The notes beneath the pieces are model-generated. The model was not told the origin of the DNA. It ran no database searches and saw only the letters and a program-made list of their open reading frames with translations. The position numbers and the translations under genes are program-made. A DNA stretch of 64,000 nt from Sporopachydermia quercuum (Eukaryota), in assembly GCA_001599295.1 (NCBI GenBank), contig BCGN01000006.1, positions 372,001-436,000 on the forward strand, given 5' to 3'. Positions 11,524-23,897 of this stretch are shown here, in pieces; positions within the stretch are counted from its first letter, which is position 1; every line of letters begins with the position of its first letter.

Positions 11524-14500
11524 ATGGCGTTGCACGAACGAATGCACCATTTACACCTCCCTGATGAAGGTGGGTTTTCTACCCCTAAGTCTGAGACTTA
11601 CTCTATCTCAAGCTCTAAAGACTTCAAGCATTCAAGATTTGAAGGTAAAGAAGATCAATTTGATCAAGTACTTGATGCTATTGATCATATTGGATTTATT
11701 CCTGAAAATCTAATTGAAATCGAAACCAGATGGTTTTATGAAAATCTAGGTATTGATGATTCATACTTTGCCAAAGAGTCGATTGAGAACATTGTGAACA
11801 ATATACATGCTCTCTATGCAGCTAAATTGTCCGCTTTTGCTAGAAAAGACTCGCACGACTTGAATATTCAATTACAAGATGAATCTGCAAATCATGCTTT
11901 CTATATCGATACATCAGTACCCGGTCAGTCAAACCTAGATGGCCCTCAATACGAAAAAGTTATTGATGCCAAGTACCTTAACAGCACTGAAAGTACAACT
12001 ATTGGTGGCTCCTCAAACGCCGTTTCTAATTCAAACTGCTATAGAGTAGAAACGTTTAGATCTCCTGTTGGTTCATTACAGATTCGATCGTCTTCTTCTT
12101 CGGTCAACGTTGATAGTTCAGTTGCAGAATCCAGACTCGAATCAACTACTACATCTGATACTAAGCTTCGGTGCTATTTTGTTTACAAGTGTGAGTTTCC
12201 TAATGATGGAATAGACATCAGCGAAATTGAAACTGATTTAGAAAAGATCTCTGATAGGTCATTCTGGGAATGTGCCAGTGATAATACTAAAGCCATTTAC
12301 CAACGTATTATGCATTTGGTTGTCAACAGAAATGGTCCTGTGATTGAATACTATGACATTCAAAACTCACGTGAAAAAAGACTTGTGATTGGTTATAAAA
12401 GAGGTACTACTTCTAATTTCTTTTCTGCTCTAAGTCATCTTTACCACTATTATGGTTTGACTTCCACTATGAAATATGTTGAACAGTTTGCTAATGGATT
12501 TACAATAATATCTATTTACTTGTCACCAGCACCAAGTAAAACCTCATCTGATCTAAAAGAATTAGAAACATTCAAGAACTATCCACCAATTGAAAACTCT
12601 ATTCATCAAGTCATAAAAGAGGCTTCATTGCTTTATTGTATTCCATCATCTAACTTTTCTGACTGGTTTGCCAGAGGAAAACTATCATTACAAGAAACTG
12701 TGTACACTCATTGTGCAGCAATCTTTGTTTCACATTTCCTTAACAGACTTGGTTCAGAATACTTTACATTGAAAGATCTATTAGATAGTAACAACACTTT
12801 ACATCAAGAAATATTGGAGAACTTGAAAAAGAGACTGAGATCAGAAACATTCACTAACGATTATATCATTACGTTAATTAACAGTCAGATCGATCTTGTT
12901 TCTCAGCTTTATCTTAATTTTGCCAACACTCATTATATTCAAACTAACCGTGAAAGTAGCAATGAGTTCTTACCAACATTGTCGTATCAAAGAATTCAAG
13001 AAGCCACTGCTTTGAATGAAATTGAGTTAGCTGAAAGGATCAAAAAAACAGTGAGCAACGAGCATGAGGCTTTAGTTTTCAATGCTATGTTGTCATTCAA
13101 TCGTCATATTGTGAAGACCAATTTTTACACTCCTACCAAGGTTGCTTTATCATTCCGCTTGGTTCCTGATTTCTTACCAGTGTTGGAGTATCCTCAAAAG
13201 CTTTACGGTATGTTTTTAGTTGTTGGACAAGAGTTTCGAGGCTTCCATCTAAGATTCAGAGATATTGCTCGTGGTGGTATTAGAATTGTCAAGAGTAGAT
13301 CCGTGGAATCATACCAGATAAACTTGCGATCTATGTTTGATGAAAATTATAACTTAGCCAACACTCAGCAAAGAAAGAATAAAGATATTCCTGAAGGTGG
13401 AAGCAAAGGTGTTATTTTGCTCAACGATGATCAACAAGACAAAGAAAGTATCTCTTTCATGAAGTATATTGATTCTATTTTGGACTTACTTCTCAAAGGT
13501 GATACACCAGGTATCAAAGATAGAATTATTGATCTTTATGGTAAAGATGAGATTCTTTTCATGGGTCCTGATGAAAACACAGCACATTTAGTTGATTGGG
13601 CAACTCTTCATGCAAGAAAGAGAAATGCTCCTTTCTGGAAATCATTCTTCACTGGTAAATCTCCTAAGCTGGGTGGTATCCCTCATGATGAGTATGGAAT
13701 GACTTCATTAAGTGTTCGTGAGTATGTTGAGGGCATTTACCGCAAACATAATATTGATCCAAATAAAATCAAGAAACTTCAAACCGGTGGTCCTGATGGT
13801 GATTTGGGCTCTAATGAAATATTATTATCCAATGAAACTTATGTTGGTATAGTGGATGGTTCCGGTGTATTGTATGATCCTGATGGAATCAATAAACACG
13901 AACTATTTAGATTGGCTCATGAAAGAAGAATGATCAGTAATTTCGACATATCATTGTTATCGAAGGATGGTTATAGAGTTTTAGTTGATGAAAAGAACGT
14001 TCAGTTGCCATCTGGCGAGATTGTTGCAAGCGGCACACAGTTTAGAAATGGATTCCACTTGAGAAATGATTTAGGTGAAGATATTCTGGTTCCATGTGGG
14101 GGAAGGCCTAATGCAATTGATATTAATAACGTTGATAATTTGATTGTTGATGAGAAATCAGTTGTGCCTTATATTGTGGAAGGTGCTAATCTGTTTATCA
14201 CACAAGCAGCTAAGCTTAGATTGGAGAATGCTGGTTGTGTTATTTATAAAGATGCATCAGCTAATAAAGGAGGGGTCACATCTTCTTCATTGGAAGTTTT
14301 GGCTTCGTTGGCTTTCGATGATGCAGGATTCTTTGAAAACATGTGTGTCAAGGATAATGGAAAGGGTGAAACTCAAACGGCCTTCCCTGCTTTCTACCGT
14401 GCCTATGTTGAGCAAGTTCAACAGATCATCAAAACTAATGCTAGATTAGAATTCAATGCTTTATGGAAAGAACACGAAAGAACAGGCAAGCCTAGAAGCA

Positions 14501-14796
14501 TTTTATCTGATGAGCTTTCTTATAAGATTAATGATTTATCTGATGAACTCCAAGAGTCCAACTTATGGGATGATGTTGAATTCCGTAACTTTATTCTTGG
14601 ATCTGCTCTCCCCAACTTGTTGGTTGAAAAGCTCACATTACCTGTGATACTTTCAAGAGTTCCTGAAAGTTACCTGAAAGCAATCTTCGGCTCTTACTTA
14701 GCTGGTAGATTTGTTTATACTATGGGTATAGAACCTGGTCAATTTGCTTTCTTTGAATATATGATGGAAAAGAAGAAAGAGATGGGAAAGTTTTAG
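11524..14796 (+). CDS. GDH2: NAD-specific glutamate dehydrogenase
   Basis: GFHLRFRDIARGGIRIVKS, KNKDIPEGGSKG, MGPDENTA, TGKSPKLGGIPHDEYGMT, QTGGPDGDLGSNE, EGANLF, DASANKGGVTSSSLE; 1090 aa. Confidence 0.97.
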   Translation: MALHERMHHLHLPDEGGFSTPKSETYSISSSKDFKHSRFEGKEDQFDQVLDAIDHIGFIPENLIEIETRWFYENLGIDDSYFAKESIENIVNNIHALYAAKLSAFARKDSHDLNIQLQDESANHAFYIDTSVPGQSNLDGPQYEKVIDAKYLNSTESTTIGGSSNAVSNSNCYRVETFRSPVGSLQIRSSSSSVNVDSSVAESRLESTTTSDTKLRCYFVYKCEFPNDGIDISEIETDLEKISDRSFWECASDNTKAIYQRIMHLVVNRNGPVIEYYDIQNSREKRLVIGYKRGTTSNFFSALSHLYHYYGLTSTMKYVEQFANGFTIISIYLSPAPSKTSSDLKELETFKNYPPIENSIHQVIKEASLLYCIPSSNFSDWFARGKLSLQETVYTHCAAIFVSHFLNRLGSEYFTLKDLLDSNNTLHQEILENLKKRLRSETFTNDYIITLINSQIDLVSQLYLNFANTHYIQTNRESSNEFLPTLSYQRIQEATALNEIELAERIKKTVSNEHEALVFNAMLSFNRHIVKTNFYTPTKVALSFRLVPDFLPVLEYPQKLYGMFLVVGQEFRGFHLRFRDIARGGIRIVKSRSVESYQINLRSMFDENYNLANTQQRKNKDIPEGGSKGVILLNDDQQDKESISFMKYIDSILDLLLKGDTPGIKDRIIDLYGKDEILFMGPDENTAHLVDWATLHARKRNAPFWKSFFTGKSPKLGGIPHDEYGMTSLSVREYVEGIYRKHNIDPNKIKKLQTGGPDGDLGSNEILLSNETYVGIVDGSGVLYDPDGINKHELFRLAHERRMISNFDISLLSKDGYRVLVDEKNVQLPSGEIVASGTQFRNGFHLRNDLGEDILVPCGGRPNAIDINNVDNLIVDEKSVVPYIVEGANLFITQAAKLRLENAGCVIYKDASANKGGVTSSSLEVLASLAFDDAGFFENMCVKDNGKGETQTAFPAFYRAYVEQVQQIIKTNARLEFNALWKEHERTGKPRSILSDELSYKINDLSDELQESNLWDDVEFRNFILGSALPNLLVEKLTLPVILSRVPESYLKAIFGSYLAGRFVYTMGIEPGQFAFFEYMMEKKKEMGKF

Positions 14797-16246
14797 AGTG
14801 TGATTACTATTGATGATACTATTAGATGATAGATAGTCAATGTATCTTTATGTAATATTTTTGTTGACATTGTTGTATTATATTATTAATAAATGTTGGG
14901 TTTTTTATTTCTGTTGAGCTTGCTATTTTATTTACTTGTTGAATATTTACTCTATTTGAGTAATCACTGTAGTTCAGTTATGCTTGAAAAGTATTTGATT
15001 AAATGTTCTTTGTTTGATACAAAGAAATCTTGTCATTTGTTCTGGAAGTAGGTTGTTACACACGCAGATATATATAATCGTGAGTCTGTCAATTATATCT
15101 ACAAAGTCTAAAATGAAAGTCTAAAATGACATATAACGTCTATTACGAAAGTTCAACAGCATCAATTAGCAGCAATTAAATGCTTGTATTTCTGCAAGAG
15201 ATGGTAGCAATAATCATCTCTCGACCTGAATGACAACCCGTTGATTCACATGTTGACTACAGATAGCTTCAGCACTATGAAACCACTGACTACTCAAATA
15301 AATCACAGTGTCGAAAAATCTATCAATATTAATTTTTGCAACGCCGTTAGTAATCAAACTGTGATAATAATTTTTTTATCTTATTAGACTGATATGTCAG
15401 AGCAACTTAAACCAGAAATTACGATTTATGTGTCATCCTGGTAGAATAATCAACTGGATCAATATTCCTTCCTTAATCCTCCCATCTCATCTCACATACC
15501 TTGCTGATCACCAACCGCATCAATACCTTTCGGCATACCAACCATATAATCAAATCACCCACTATAATAACACGGCTCCCATTCCACAATAATCTTTTTC
15601 TCACCTCCAAAACCAGAACCATAGATTTCCTTACTTCCTTCTCTAAAACTGAAACCGAACGATCACTTATTCATCTTCACCAGCTTTTGCAATCCTATTG
15701 TCTTTCTCCCTCCCCCTTTACCTTCCCTTATCGTCTTTCTGATGACATAATCATCCCAACCTCGCATTTATGAACCAGATACCACTAATCAACGCAATGT
15801 CTGCTGAAATGTTTAGTGGTTCGAATGCGACTTCTATTGCAAACGACGGGAAGGAGAGTAGCGGATGAATTTTATAGTAACAAGTCAAACCAGGGAAACC
15901 CTAGCTCTATTTATCTACTTTGTTCTTCTTTCTTTCAATCTGAGGCTTAGATTTCGCCTTTGTGTTTATATTCAAATCCCATCCATCTTATCATATGTAT
16001 CGTATCTATGTAACATGTGTATGTTTCAATGGCAAATACACAAGTATACCTATACATATAGATAGATATTTCCGGAAGCTTATTATGATAGTTTAATAAG
16101 CAAAAGGAATATAAGATATACCAGCAGGGTGCATAAATTCATAAGGGTAAAATATTCCCCAGACAAAGAAGCTGCAACGCCAGGCAACAAAACAAAACAC
16201 AACACAGACAAACAGAGAGCCCTGCAATTCAACCTTATAGTCAAAA

Positions 16247-19200
16247 ATGGCGTCCAAATGGATGCCTCAAAATATTCAAAAGCGTTTATCGCTTTACATT
16301 TTATCTCAACTAGCTGTCTTTTCATCAATAGATTTATCAAACATATCATTATCATTAGGTACATCAAGCCACATAGCCTTACATTCTGTTGAACTAGATA
16401 CTGAAAAGCTACATCTTCCTGGGTTTTTCTTTAGAAATGGTACCATTGGAACTTTAGAAGTAGATCTGGTTGTTTCTAATGTTCAATTGAAGGCTCAAGG
16501 AATAGATTTGGTACTAGCACCAGATCCTGAGATAATATCACGTATGAGAGACGAAGAAGAGGATTTCAAAGCAACAATAGCTAAGCGAACGGCAGATCTT
16601 GCTAATAGTATAATGATGTCGGAAGATGAATATTTACATATGTCTCAGTCTATTATACTTGGTGAGTCTACCGACCTCTCTGCAGCTGATGTCGATATTG
16701 ATACTGAAGCTGATGATAATAATAATAATAATACTAGTAAAGGCATAATGAGTTCAGTGTTTCACAAGGCAGTTGATATGGCATTGGCAAGGCTGAACAT
16801 TGAAATAAAAGACATCAGGATAAAATTAATAGTAGATGATATGGTGATCGATGTGAATATCCCGCAGGTTTTATTCTGGGTGAAGAATGGAGAAAAGAAC
16901 GTGCAAATCGAAGGAGTGGAAGTTGTGTTGGTGGAGCCGAAACGGAAGGAAAATATAAGTTCAGAAGACGGACGGGAAGAGAAGAAAGGTTCAGAAGACA
17001 AACCATTGGAGGCTGAAGGAGATACAGGGACAGAGTTACCAACACAAGGCAAAGATACCACCGAAGCAATCGAACTGTCGGAAGCCGGCTCCGACTCTGA
17101 AGTTGATTCCGATTCCGGTTCCAATTCCAATTCTGGTTCCGACTCTGACTCGGAATCTGACTATGAAGGTTCAAAAATGATGCAAGCCAGCATGATGCTA
17201 TCACATGACGAAAAATCTATTTATATGAGTGCTATTTCGTCGGCTTTACTACCGAACTCGCAAAAGGATAACTCACTATTCACCCCATTAGGAACTGTTG
17301 CCGAAGATTCGGAAGATTCACCTAATGAGAACTTAAAACTTCCCGATTTAGCACCAAACATAAATTATACGGAGTTTCCGAGAATAGCACATATAAACAA
17401 AGTCAAAGTTGTATTTCCAGAACGGAAAAGAAATCTTAATACATTGGAAGCGGAAGCGGAAGTTCAGAAAGCTGACATTTTCGTTGACAATATAACCATA
17501 TCAACGGTAGATCTTCCCCCAATTATAGTTTCGGTATTGCAATGGCTAGAGCGGAATAAACCGGAACACAGGAAAAGAAGAGTCACAGACCTTAATTATC
17601 GGAAATCAATCGGTCAGCCAATCGGTAAAATTCGGAGGAGTAATCATTCCGATGTCTCATTACAGTGGAAAGAGAAAAGAACAAGCACAGGTAGCTTATC
17701 ACCAGCAAAGAATACATCGACAGACCCTTCTGCAGCCACCGGAACGCCGCTGGAGTTCTCAATAGGCATTTTCAATGTGGCACAACTTGAAATAAGCTTG
17801 AATGAGCCACTGCTACCTAAAGGCCTATTCGGGAAATGTAGAGAGAATCATAATCCGATTAGGATAACAGCATCCCAATTTAGTTCTACACAGACTAAAT
17901 CGGGACTGATATTTGGAACCTTGAATTCATTAAGCATACCCCGTACCGGCAACATTAATCCTAATTCGCAAGTCTCCAAACCGCTTTTGAAGTTTAAGTC
18001 CAATGATTCACAACAGCCAGATATTAAGTTTGAGATACTGAAATCCGAGAAAACCGACTCCCCTACTGAAATTACTGTTCTATTTCCTAACCAGGCAACT
18101 CTTTCTATCTCCAACGCCGACATAGTTTCCATTATTTCTGCTTTATATCCCTTTAGAAATGTTATTCCCGAATCGGCTATCACTCATTCCAAACGGACAT
18201 CAGGTTCAGGAGATATGCAGCCAGTTACCTCCGAAGATATTATGACTTCTTGCAAATTCACCCTACAAACGGCTTCTTGGAACGCTAGTTATCTCGGAGA
18301 TAATCCTAATAGAATCGGTGTCGAAATTATAATTTACCCCATTGCCTTCACGTCAGGGAATAAGGTTATAGAATGCGATAAAGTTCTAATTTCGCTTAAT
18401 CATGGAAATATGCGAATCTTAAGTGACTTCTCGGAGATATTCATTTCTCTTTTGGGTAAAAGCAACATTGTTTCCTTACATGATACTGGAGGTGCCCTGA
18501 AAGAGTACACTAGCGATTGGCGGGTTGAGGTTAAAACCGGTGGACTTCAAGCAGATTTAATTGGAATTGAAGCGGTACAACGGGAAATAGAGTTGATTTC
18601 ATCCGAGATTAGTCGAGATTTGCGAACAGTTCGGACTCATAAAATAGTACGGAACAAACCGGAAAAAATTACAGGTCTCGGAAGTACTCGGAAAAATAGA
18701 GTGCAACTGTCTAGCACTATAATGTTGGCATCTAACAGTTATTCCGTTATACAGTCGCTCGGATCGGTATTTGTTAACGAATTTAAATTTTCGGTAAATA
18801 CTGGAGAGGATCTCGGAACATTAGAGGGAAATTTTACCGCATTCTCGGCTTTGTTGCTTCAAGACACCGCTTATTTATTAGCTGTGCATGAAATAAATCT
18901 AAATAGAGTATACTCAGATACTACAAACCCATCGAAAGTGGGTGTGGTTCATACGGAAGAGATAGTTTCTCGTTATAAAGACGTTGGTGCTTCTTCAATT
19001 CCGATGTGTACGGTAGAATTAGGAAGTGAAGAGAACAATAAGGTTAAGCTCAGCAACGGCTTATTCACCTTTTATGGTAACTGGTTCCTTCTGGCAGACA
19101 AATTGTCGTCAATTGGGAATAATTCTGAACCACAAATACCCTCAAACACATCTATTACATCCACAAATAATAAACTTAACCTCAGCATAGAAGCTTGCGG

Positions 19201-21718
19201 TATAAACATTGTTCCGAGCGCATTGAACTGCACTCTACAATTATTTATAGAAGACGCTTCGGCACAAACTCTAACTACTTGTTCCGAAAATCACATAAAA
19301 TTTCTGATGCGGCAAGGTTTACTATTTCTTTCTGATAATAGTAAACGCAAAGAAGGTTCAAGCTCAGGAATCAACCTCAATGCTTCCTTCACCAGATGGA
19401 GTCGGCATCATCATTTCCCATCTAGAGAATTCGTTCCCATTGGCAAACTTTACTCGATGAACTCTCTATTCAAGAAGAAAGGGTCCGATCTGCTAGACCT
19501 TAGCTTATCCATAAACAGGTTAGTCTTGAATCTGTGTGCCGATTCGGCATTTACTTTAGTACAATTGCTAGGAGATATAAAACCAGAGTTAGCCGAGGAT
19601 CTAGAACGGAAGTTTCGAGTTCGAATACCCAAACTGGAAGTGTTTGCCGATATTGAGGAAAACCAATTTACTGAGCGAAGTATACCCGAAACAGGTTCCG
19701 ACTCTAGCCGAAGTAGTAGTAATAATGGAGAGCAGTCATTGGGTTTAAGTTCCGGCAACTCTGTTTTAGGATCAGAAGTTGGCGAGTCGGGAGAACGAAT
19801 CACCGAATTCGGCAACATATCAGTACAAGAAGACTATTTAGCCATTAGCCAGGAAACACCTCTTGAAATTGAGCCGAATTTGGACTTTACTGTGTCCATA
19901 GCTCAAGTGCAATGCCAGTTATGGGACGGATACGATTGGGAGAAAACCCGGCAAACAATATCAGAATCTATAAAGAGAGTTGCTGAGAAAGCAACAGGTA
20001 CAACGGAAATAATAACGGAGCCCTCGGATCCCTTGGATGAAAATGATGTGGAAACTAACGGAGATGATTCATCTCCAGTGGCTCAGGAGGCTTTGTTTGG
20101 GGGCTCAATGAAACTTGCTATGCAGAAAGGAGATAATGAAGAAAACTTCATAGCGGCAATCACAGAGAATCTACAAATGCCCAGTTCGGATTCTGATGGT
20201 CCTTATCAAGAAAGATTCGACTCCAATCTAGCGAATCTGGAGCGGTCCAGGAAACATAAAGTTCTTATCAACATGTCCGATATCAACATCTCTGGTAACA
20301 CATTTTCTCCGATTTCCAGTGAGGACCCCGACATTCCGGAAACTATAGCGGACATATCGTTAGAAATTGAGAACGTGGAGGTCATTGATAACGTTCCGAC
20401 TTCTGCTTGGCACAAGTTTTTAACATTCAACCGAAATTTTGGAGAAAGAGCCATCGGAGATCAAATGTTCCGCTTCCGAAGTATCATTTTCAAGCCGAAT
20501 AAGTCACTTACAGCAACAGAAATGTCCATAATCGGTTCCGTGTTGCCATTAAGATTACATGTAGATCAGGATACATTAGAGTTTTTAGCGAGGTTCGGAG
20601 AATTCCGGGATCCTAGAATGGAAAAGTCCGATAAATCTGAACCATTTATTGCTAAATTTGAACTGCAAGCTGTCCCTATCTGCTTAGATTATAAGCCCAA
20701 AAAGGTAGATTACCGAGGTATCCGGTCTGGTCATACAACGGAGCTTATGAACTTCTTTGTATTGGATGAAGCACAAATGGTACTAAGAGACATCCTTCTT
20801 TATGGAATCACCGGATTTTCTCGGCTAGGCCGAGAATTGCATGCTGTTTGGCTACCGGATATCCGAACCCGACAATTAGGACCGGTTCTAGCCGGAGTAG
20901 CCCCAGTTAAATCGTTAGTTCGGCTAGGAGTTGGAGTCAAAGATCTCGTAGCTGTTCCGGTAAAAGAGTATCAAAAAGACGGAAGAATTATACGAAGTCT
21001 TGGAGTTGGAGCAAGTACGTTCACTCGAAATACTAGCAAAGAGTTATTTCGACTCGGAGCTAAGCTTGCTGCGGGGACGCAATCGGTTTTAGAAACAGCC
21101 GAGGAAGCTTTGGGCGGAGAAGGATCAAAGTTTCGAGTTCGAGAAGTTTATCCTAGTCGGTTGTCGGATAATCCCGAAGTAACAATACGACAAACACGGC
21201 AATCTAGGGAACCTGGGAGCTCTCGCAACCTTATTAGTTCAGGGCGAACAAATTACTATGATGACACCGATCCGGATATCTCCGGCTTAACTATCGCATC
21301 GGATACAACAGCCTGGACAGGGAAATCAAGAGAAAGTACAAATAATCAAACAAGGAACTATTCCGGAGACTACAACAACCAAGCCACAAGCCCCACGGCC
21401 TCAAGAGATGAGACCCAGAAAGTAGTGAGTTTATATGCTAAGCCACCAGAAACTTTTGTAGATGGCTTGAAAGAAGCTTACGGTAGCTTTGGTAAGAACC
21501 TAACAGTGGCTAAAACCGCCTTTTACGGAATAAGCTCAGAAGCTTCCGAAAGAGGTAATGCTCGGGGCGCAGCAATAGCAGTGGCTAAGGCTGCTCCTAT
21601 CGCTGTAATCAGGCCTTTAATTGGTGCTACAGAAGCCCTTTCCAAAACATTCTTAGGCGCTACTTCACAGTTAGATCCAGATGAATCTAAGAATGCTGCT
21701 GAAAAGTATAAACCTTGA
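16247..21718 (+). CDS. ATG2: Autophagy lipid-transfer protein Atg2
   Basis: N-terminal WMPQNIQKRL (chorein-N), CADS motif, LWDGYDW, DNVPTSAWHKFLT, LPLRLHVDQDTLEFL, LDYKPKKVDY and a C-terminal IRPLIGATEALSKT...KYK. Confidence 0.95.
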   Translation: MASKWMPQNIQKRLSLYILSQLAVFSSIDLSNISLSLGTSSHIALHSVELDTEKLHLPGFFFRNGTIGTLEVDLVVSNVQLKAQGIDLVLAPDPEIISRMRDEEEDFKATIAKRTADLANSIMMSEDEYLHMSQSIILGESTDLSAADVDIDTEADDNNNNNTSKGIMSSVFHKAVDMALARLNIEIKDIRIKLIVDDMVIDVNIPQVLFWVKNGEKNVQIEGVEVVLVEPKRKENISSEDGREEKKGSEDKPLEAEGDTGTELPTQGKDTTEAIELSEAGSDSEVDSDSGSNSNSGSDSDSESDYEGSKMMQASMMLSHDEKSIYMSAISSALLPNSQKDNSLFTPLGTVAEDSEDSPNENLKLPDLAPNINYTEFPRIAHINKVKVVFPERKRNLNTLEAEAEVQKADIFVDNITISTVDLPPIIVSVLQWLERNKPEHRKRRVTDLNYRKSIGQPIGKIRRSNHSDVSLQWKEKRTSTGSLSPAKNTSTDPSAATGTPLEFSIGIFNVAQLEISLNEPLLPKGLFGKCRENHNPIRITASQFSSTQTKSGLIFGTLNSLSIPRTGNINPNSQVSKPLLKFKSNDSQQPDIKFEILKSEKTDSPTEITVLFPNQATLSISNADIVSIISALYPFRNVIPESAITHSKRTSGSGDMQPVTSEDIMTSCKFTLQTASWNASYLGDNPNRIGVEIIIYPIAFTSGNKVIECDKVLISLNHGNMRILSDFSEIFISLLGKSNIVSLHDTGGALKEYTSDWRVEVKTGGLQADLIGIEAVQREIELISSEISRDLRTVRTHKIVRNKPEKITGLGSTRKNRVQLSSTIMLASNSYSVIQSLGSVFVNEFKFSVNTGEDLGTLEGNFTAFSALLLQDTAYLLAVHEINLNRVYSDTTNPSKVGVVHTEEIVSRYKDVGASSIPMCTVELGSEENNKVKLSNGLFTFYGNWFLLADKLSSIGNNSEPQIPSNTSITSTNNKLNLSIEACGINIVPSALNCTLQLFIEDASAQTLTTCSENHIKFLMRQGLLFLSDNSKRKEGSSSGINLNASFTRWSRHHHFPSREFVPIGKLYSMNSLFKKKGSDLLDLSLSINRLVLNLCADSAFTLVQLLGDIKPELAEDLERKFRVRIPKLEVFADIEENQFTERSIPETGSDSSRSSSNNGEQSLGLSSGNSVLGSEVGESGERITEFGNISVQEDYLAISQETPLEIEPNLDFTVSIAQVQCQLWDGYDWEKTRQTISESIKRVAEKATGTTEIITEPSDPLDENDVETNGDDSSPVAQEALFGGSMKLAMQKGDNEENFIAAITENLQMPSSDSDGPYQERFDSNLANLERSRKHKVLINMSDINISGNTFSPISSEDPDIPETIADISLEIENVEVIDNVPTSAWHKFLTFNRNFGERAIGDQMFRFRSIIFKPNKSLTATEMSIIGSVLPLRLHVDQDTLEFLARFGEFRDPRMEKSDKSEPFIAKFELQAVPICLDYKPKKVDYRGIRSGHTTELMNFFVLDEAQMVLRDILLYGITGFSRLGRELHAVWLPDIRTRQLGPVLAGVAPVKSLVRLGVGVKDLVAVPVKEYQKDGRIIRSLGVGASTFTRNTSKELFRLGAKLAAGTQSVLETAEEALGGEGSKFRVREVYPSRLSDNPEVTIRQTRQSREPGSSRNLISSGRTNYYDDTDPDISGLTIASDTTAWTGKSRESTNNQTRNYSGDYNNQATSPTASRDETQKVVSLYAKPPETFVDGLKEAYGSFGKNLTVAKTAFYGISSEASERGNARGAAIAVAKAAPIAVIRPLIGATEALSKTFLGATSQLDPDESKNAAEKYKP

Positions 21719-23245
21719 TATGATGGTTGTTTATATTGGTGTTGAGGCAAAAATGATATTTGGGAAGAAACTGAAGTTTTAAAAATAATAATTCTATCGC
21801 ATTGATTCCCTATAGTTGTTGAGCTAAACTGCTGAAAACAAAGTATCATATTGTAATACATTCATTACACTATATATAATATAATAAATTTATCTTCAAT
21901 AAACTATATCAAGTTGCTACGTGACCATTCATATATCTTCTTCTACAGCAAGAGCTAATAGGAATCAAAGCACCAAAATACGTAGTTTCTCTACCGCTGA
22001 ATTGATGGTAGATCCCATTAGAAAAGAGATGAAAAAAATGTAAGAGTGTTCATTTCATTATTTTTTGAAAACAGCTGATCATCTATTTGAATATATATAT
22101 TATCAGAAGTAAACCTTAATAGGTTGATTCATCAGGATTTTGTAGAATTATAACAAGAATCATGAATAATTTTGAATAATTATCAACATAATAATACATA
22201 AGTGAATCAGCGGAGTATTTAAATACACCTTATATGTATATTTGCACGCAGCAAGAACATGACAACTATAAGCCAGGATTAGCCAAAGATTTTCCCTTGG
22301 TGAATAAATAATGACTTTTTTATGGATATGATATTGATATGATAATTAAACACTACAACTTCATAAGTAGTTATACAATATTAGTGCTGAGTCAATTAAA
22401 TCTGATAAACGGTTTTATTAGTTTTTGCTTGTTATATTATCTGTATTTATAGCCTGTGCTAATGCTGGAATAATAGTTACAGGAGACTACTTACTAGTTA
22501 CTAGTTATGGAACGTAAGAGCTATAGGAACCTTCAGATATNTCATTAATACACCTTATTTTGAATTTCACCAATGTTTTTCTTAGAACGTCTGCTACTAT
22601 CCATACAAATGCTACTGTTTTGAAAGTGGAGTACTGATTGAGAACTACTGGAGAAAGAAGCAGTGGTAAGGTTTCTAAGAACGTAGTTTCAAAAATCATA
22701 ATTATGGGAAAATGGAAATAGATTGCAATAAAATTAGGAGTTAAATGGTTCATGAGGAAAATTAATGTTAACTGGCAATAAGACAAATGACAGGATCTTC
22801 AATATATTTTGGCCAATCCACAGGGTTGTCTCAATAGCTATGACATTATCATTAAACCATACGTCTACTATTATTCATCTATTGTAATCAAACTTACAAT
22901 TCCATTAAATTATTACCCATAAATCAGCTAAATCAACTGAATCAAACCGGATCGTAGTTTTATCAAGTTTGAAATATAAACCAACTGAGTTCCAAATAGC
23001 AAATAAAGGCGTCATATATATGAAATACCAAACCAAACACTTATCAATACTCACTGATCATCAACATCAGTATCAGCCTCACACCGCAAGAGAAATATAG
23101 TTATTCTTATTAATTTCTGAGTTATCGTCGTTTGAACTTAATGCCTGTCATTCTCACACTCAAGCAACTACAAGCTTAATTAACTATACGCAATTCACTT
23201 TCCAATCCATAGCGAGTAATTCACAACTAGCAACTAACAAACAGC

Positions 23246-23897
23246 TCACATAACCACACATTTACTCTCATCTTCAACAACAGGATTCTGTATTTTCTCT
23301 ATTTCACCAATCAGCAACTCGAATGCTTTACCAACATTCTCATTATGCCTAGCGGAAGTCTCAACGAACGCACATCCAAATTCTTTAGCTAACTCTAATC
23401 CTTCAGCTTCAGTAACTTGTCGTTGTAGATGTAAATCATTCTTATTTCCTACAACAATCATTGGAATTGTTTCCGTACCAGTAGAATTCAGTATCTTATC
23501 TCTAATTACCCTTATCATTTCAAATGATGATCTCGATGCTATTGAATATACTAAAACATAACCATGTACACCTATCAAATGCTTTTGATTCATGATACTG
23601 AATTCGTCTTGGCCTGCTGTGTCAAGGATCTCAATAGCATAATCCTGTCCTTTATAGCGAATTGTTTTAGAGAATTGGTTTTCGATTGTTGGATAGTATG
23701 ATTCAACAAAATGGTCTTCAATGTATTGTACAGTCATTGAAGATTTACCTTTAGGCTTGTTAGTATGAGAAAATAACAGCTTCAGTGTATACTGTATAAC
23801 TTTATCACGACTATCATCAATTTTCACCATATCATAATAACTTACCAACAGCTCTAGAGCCCACGACAGCTATCTTTCTAGCCCTAACAGGTGTCAT
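23246..23897 (-). CDS. RHB1: Rheb GTPase; exons 23897-23846 and 23748-23246
   Basis: MTPVRARKIAVVGSRAVG|KSSMTVQY joined across a 97-nt intron (GTAAGT, TACTAAC, AAG). The Rheb-diagnostic Arg is present in the G1 box, with YYPTIEN, DTAGQDE and CAAX CVVM. Confidence 0.95.

Noticed and set aside
13669..13671. Possible CUG codon reassignment (Ser or Ala clades)
   Set aside because: CTG falls at conserved Leu positions: GDH2 KSPK-L-GG, CLA4 E-L-WV and DNV-L-LD, YHC3 YQ-L-GVF. The standard code fits.
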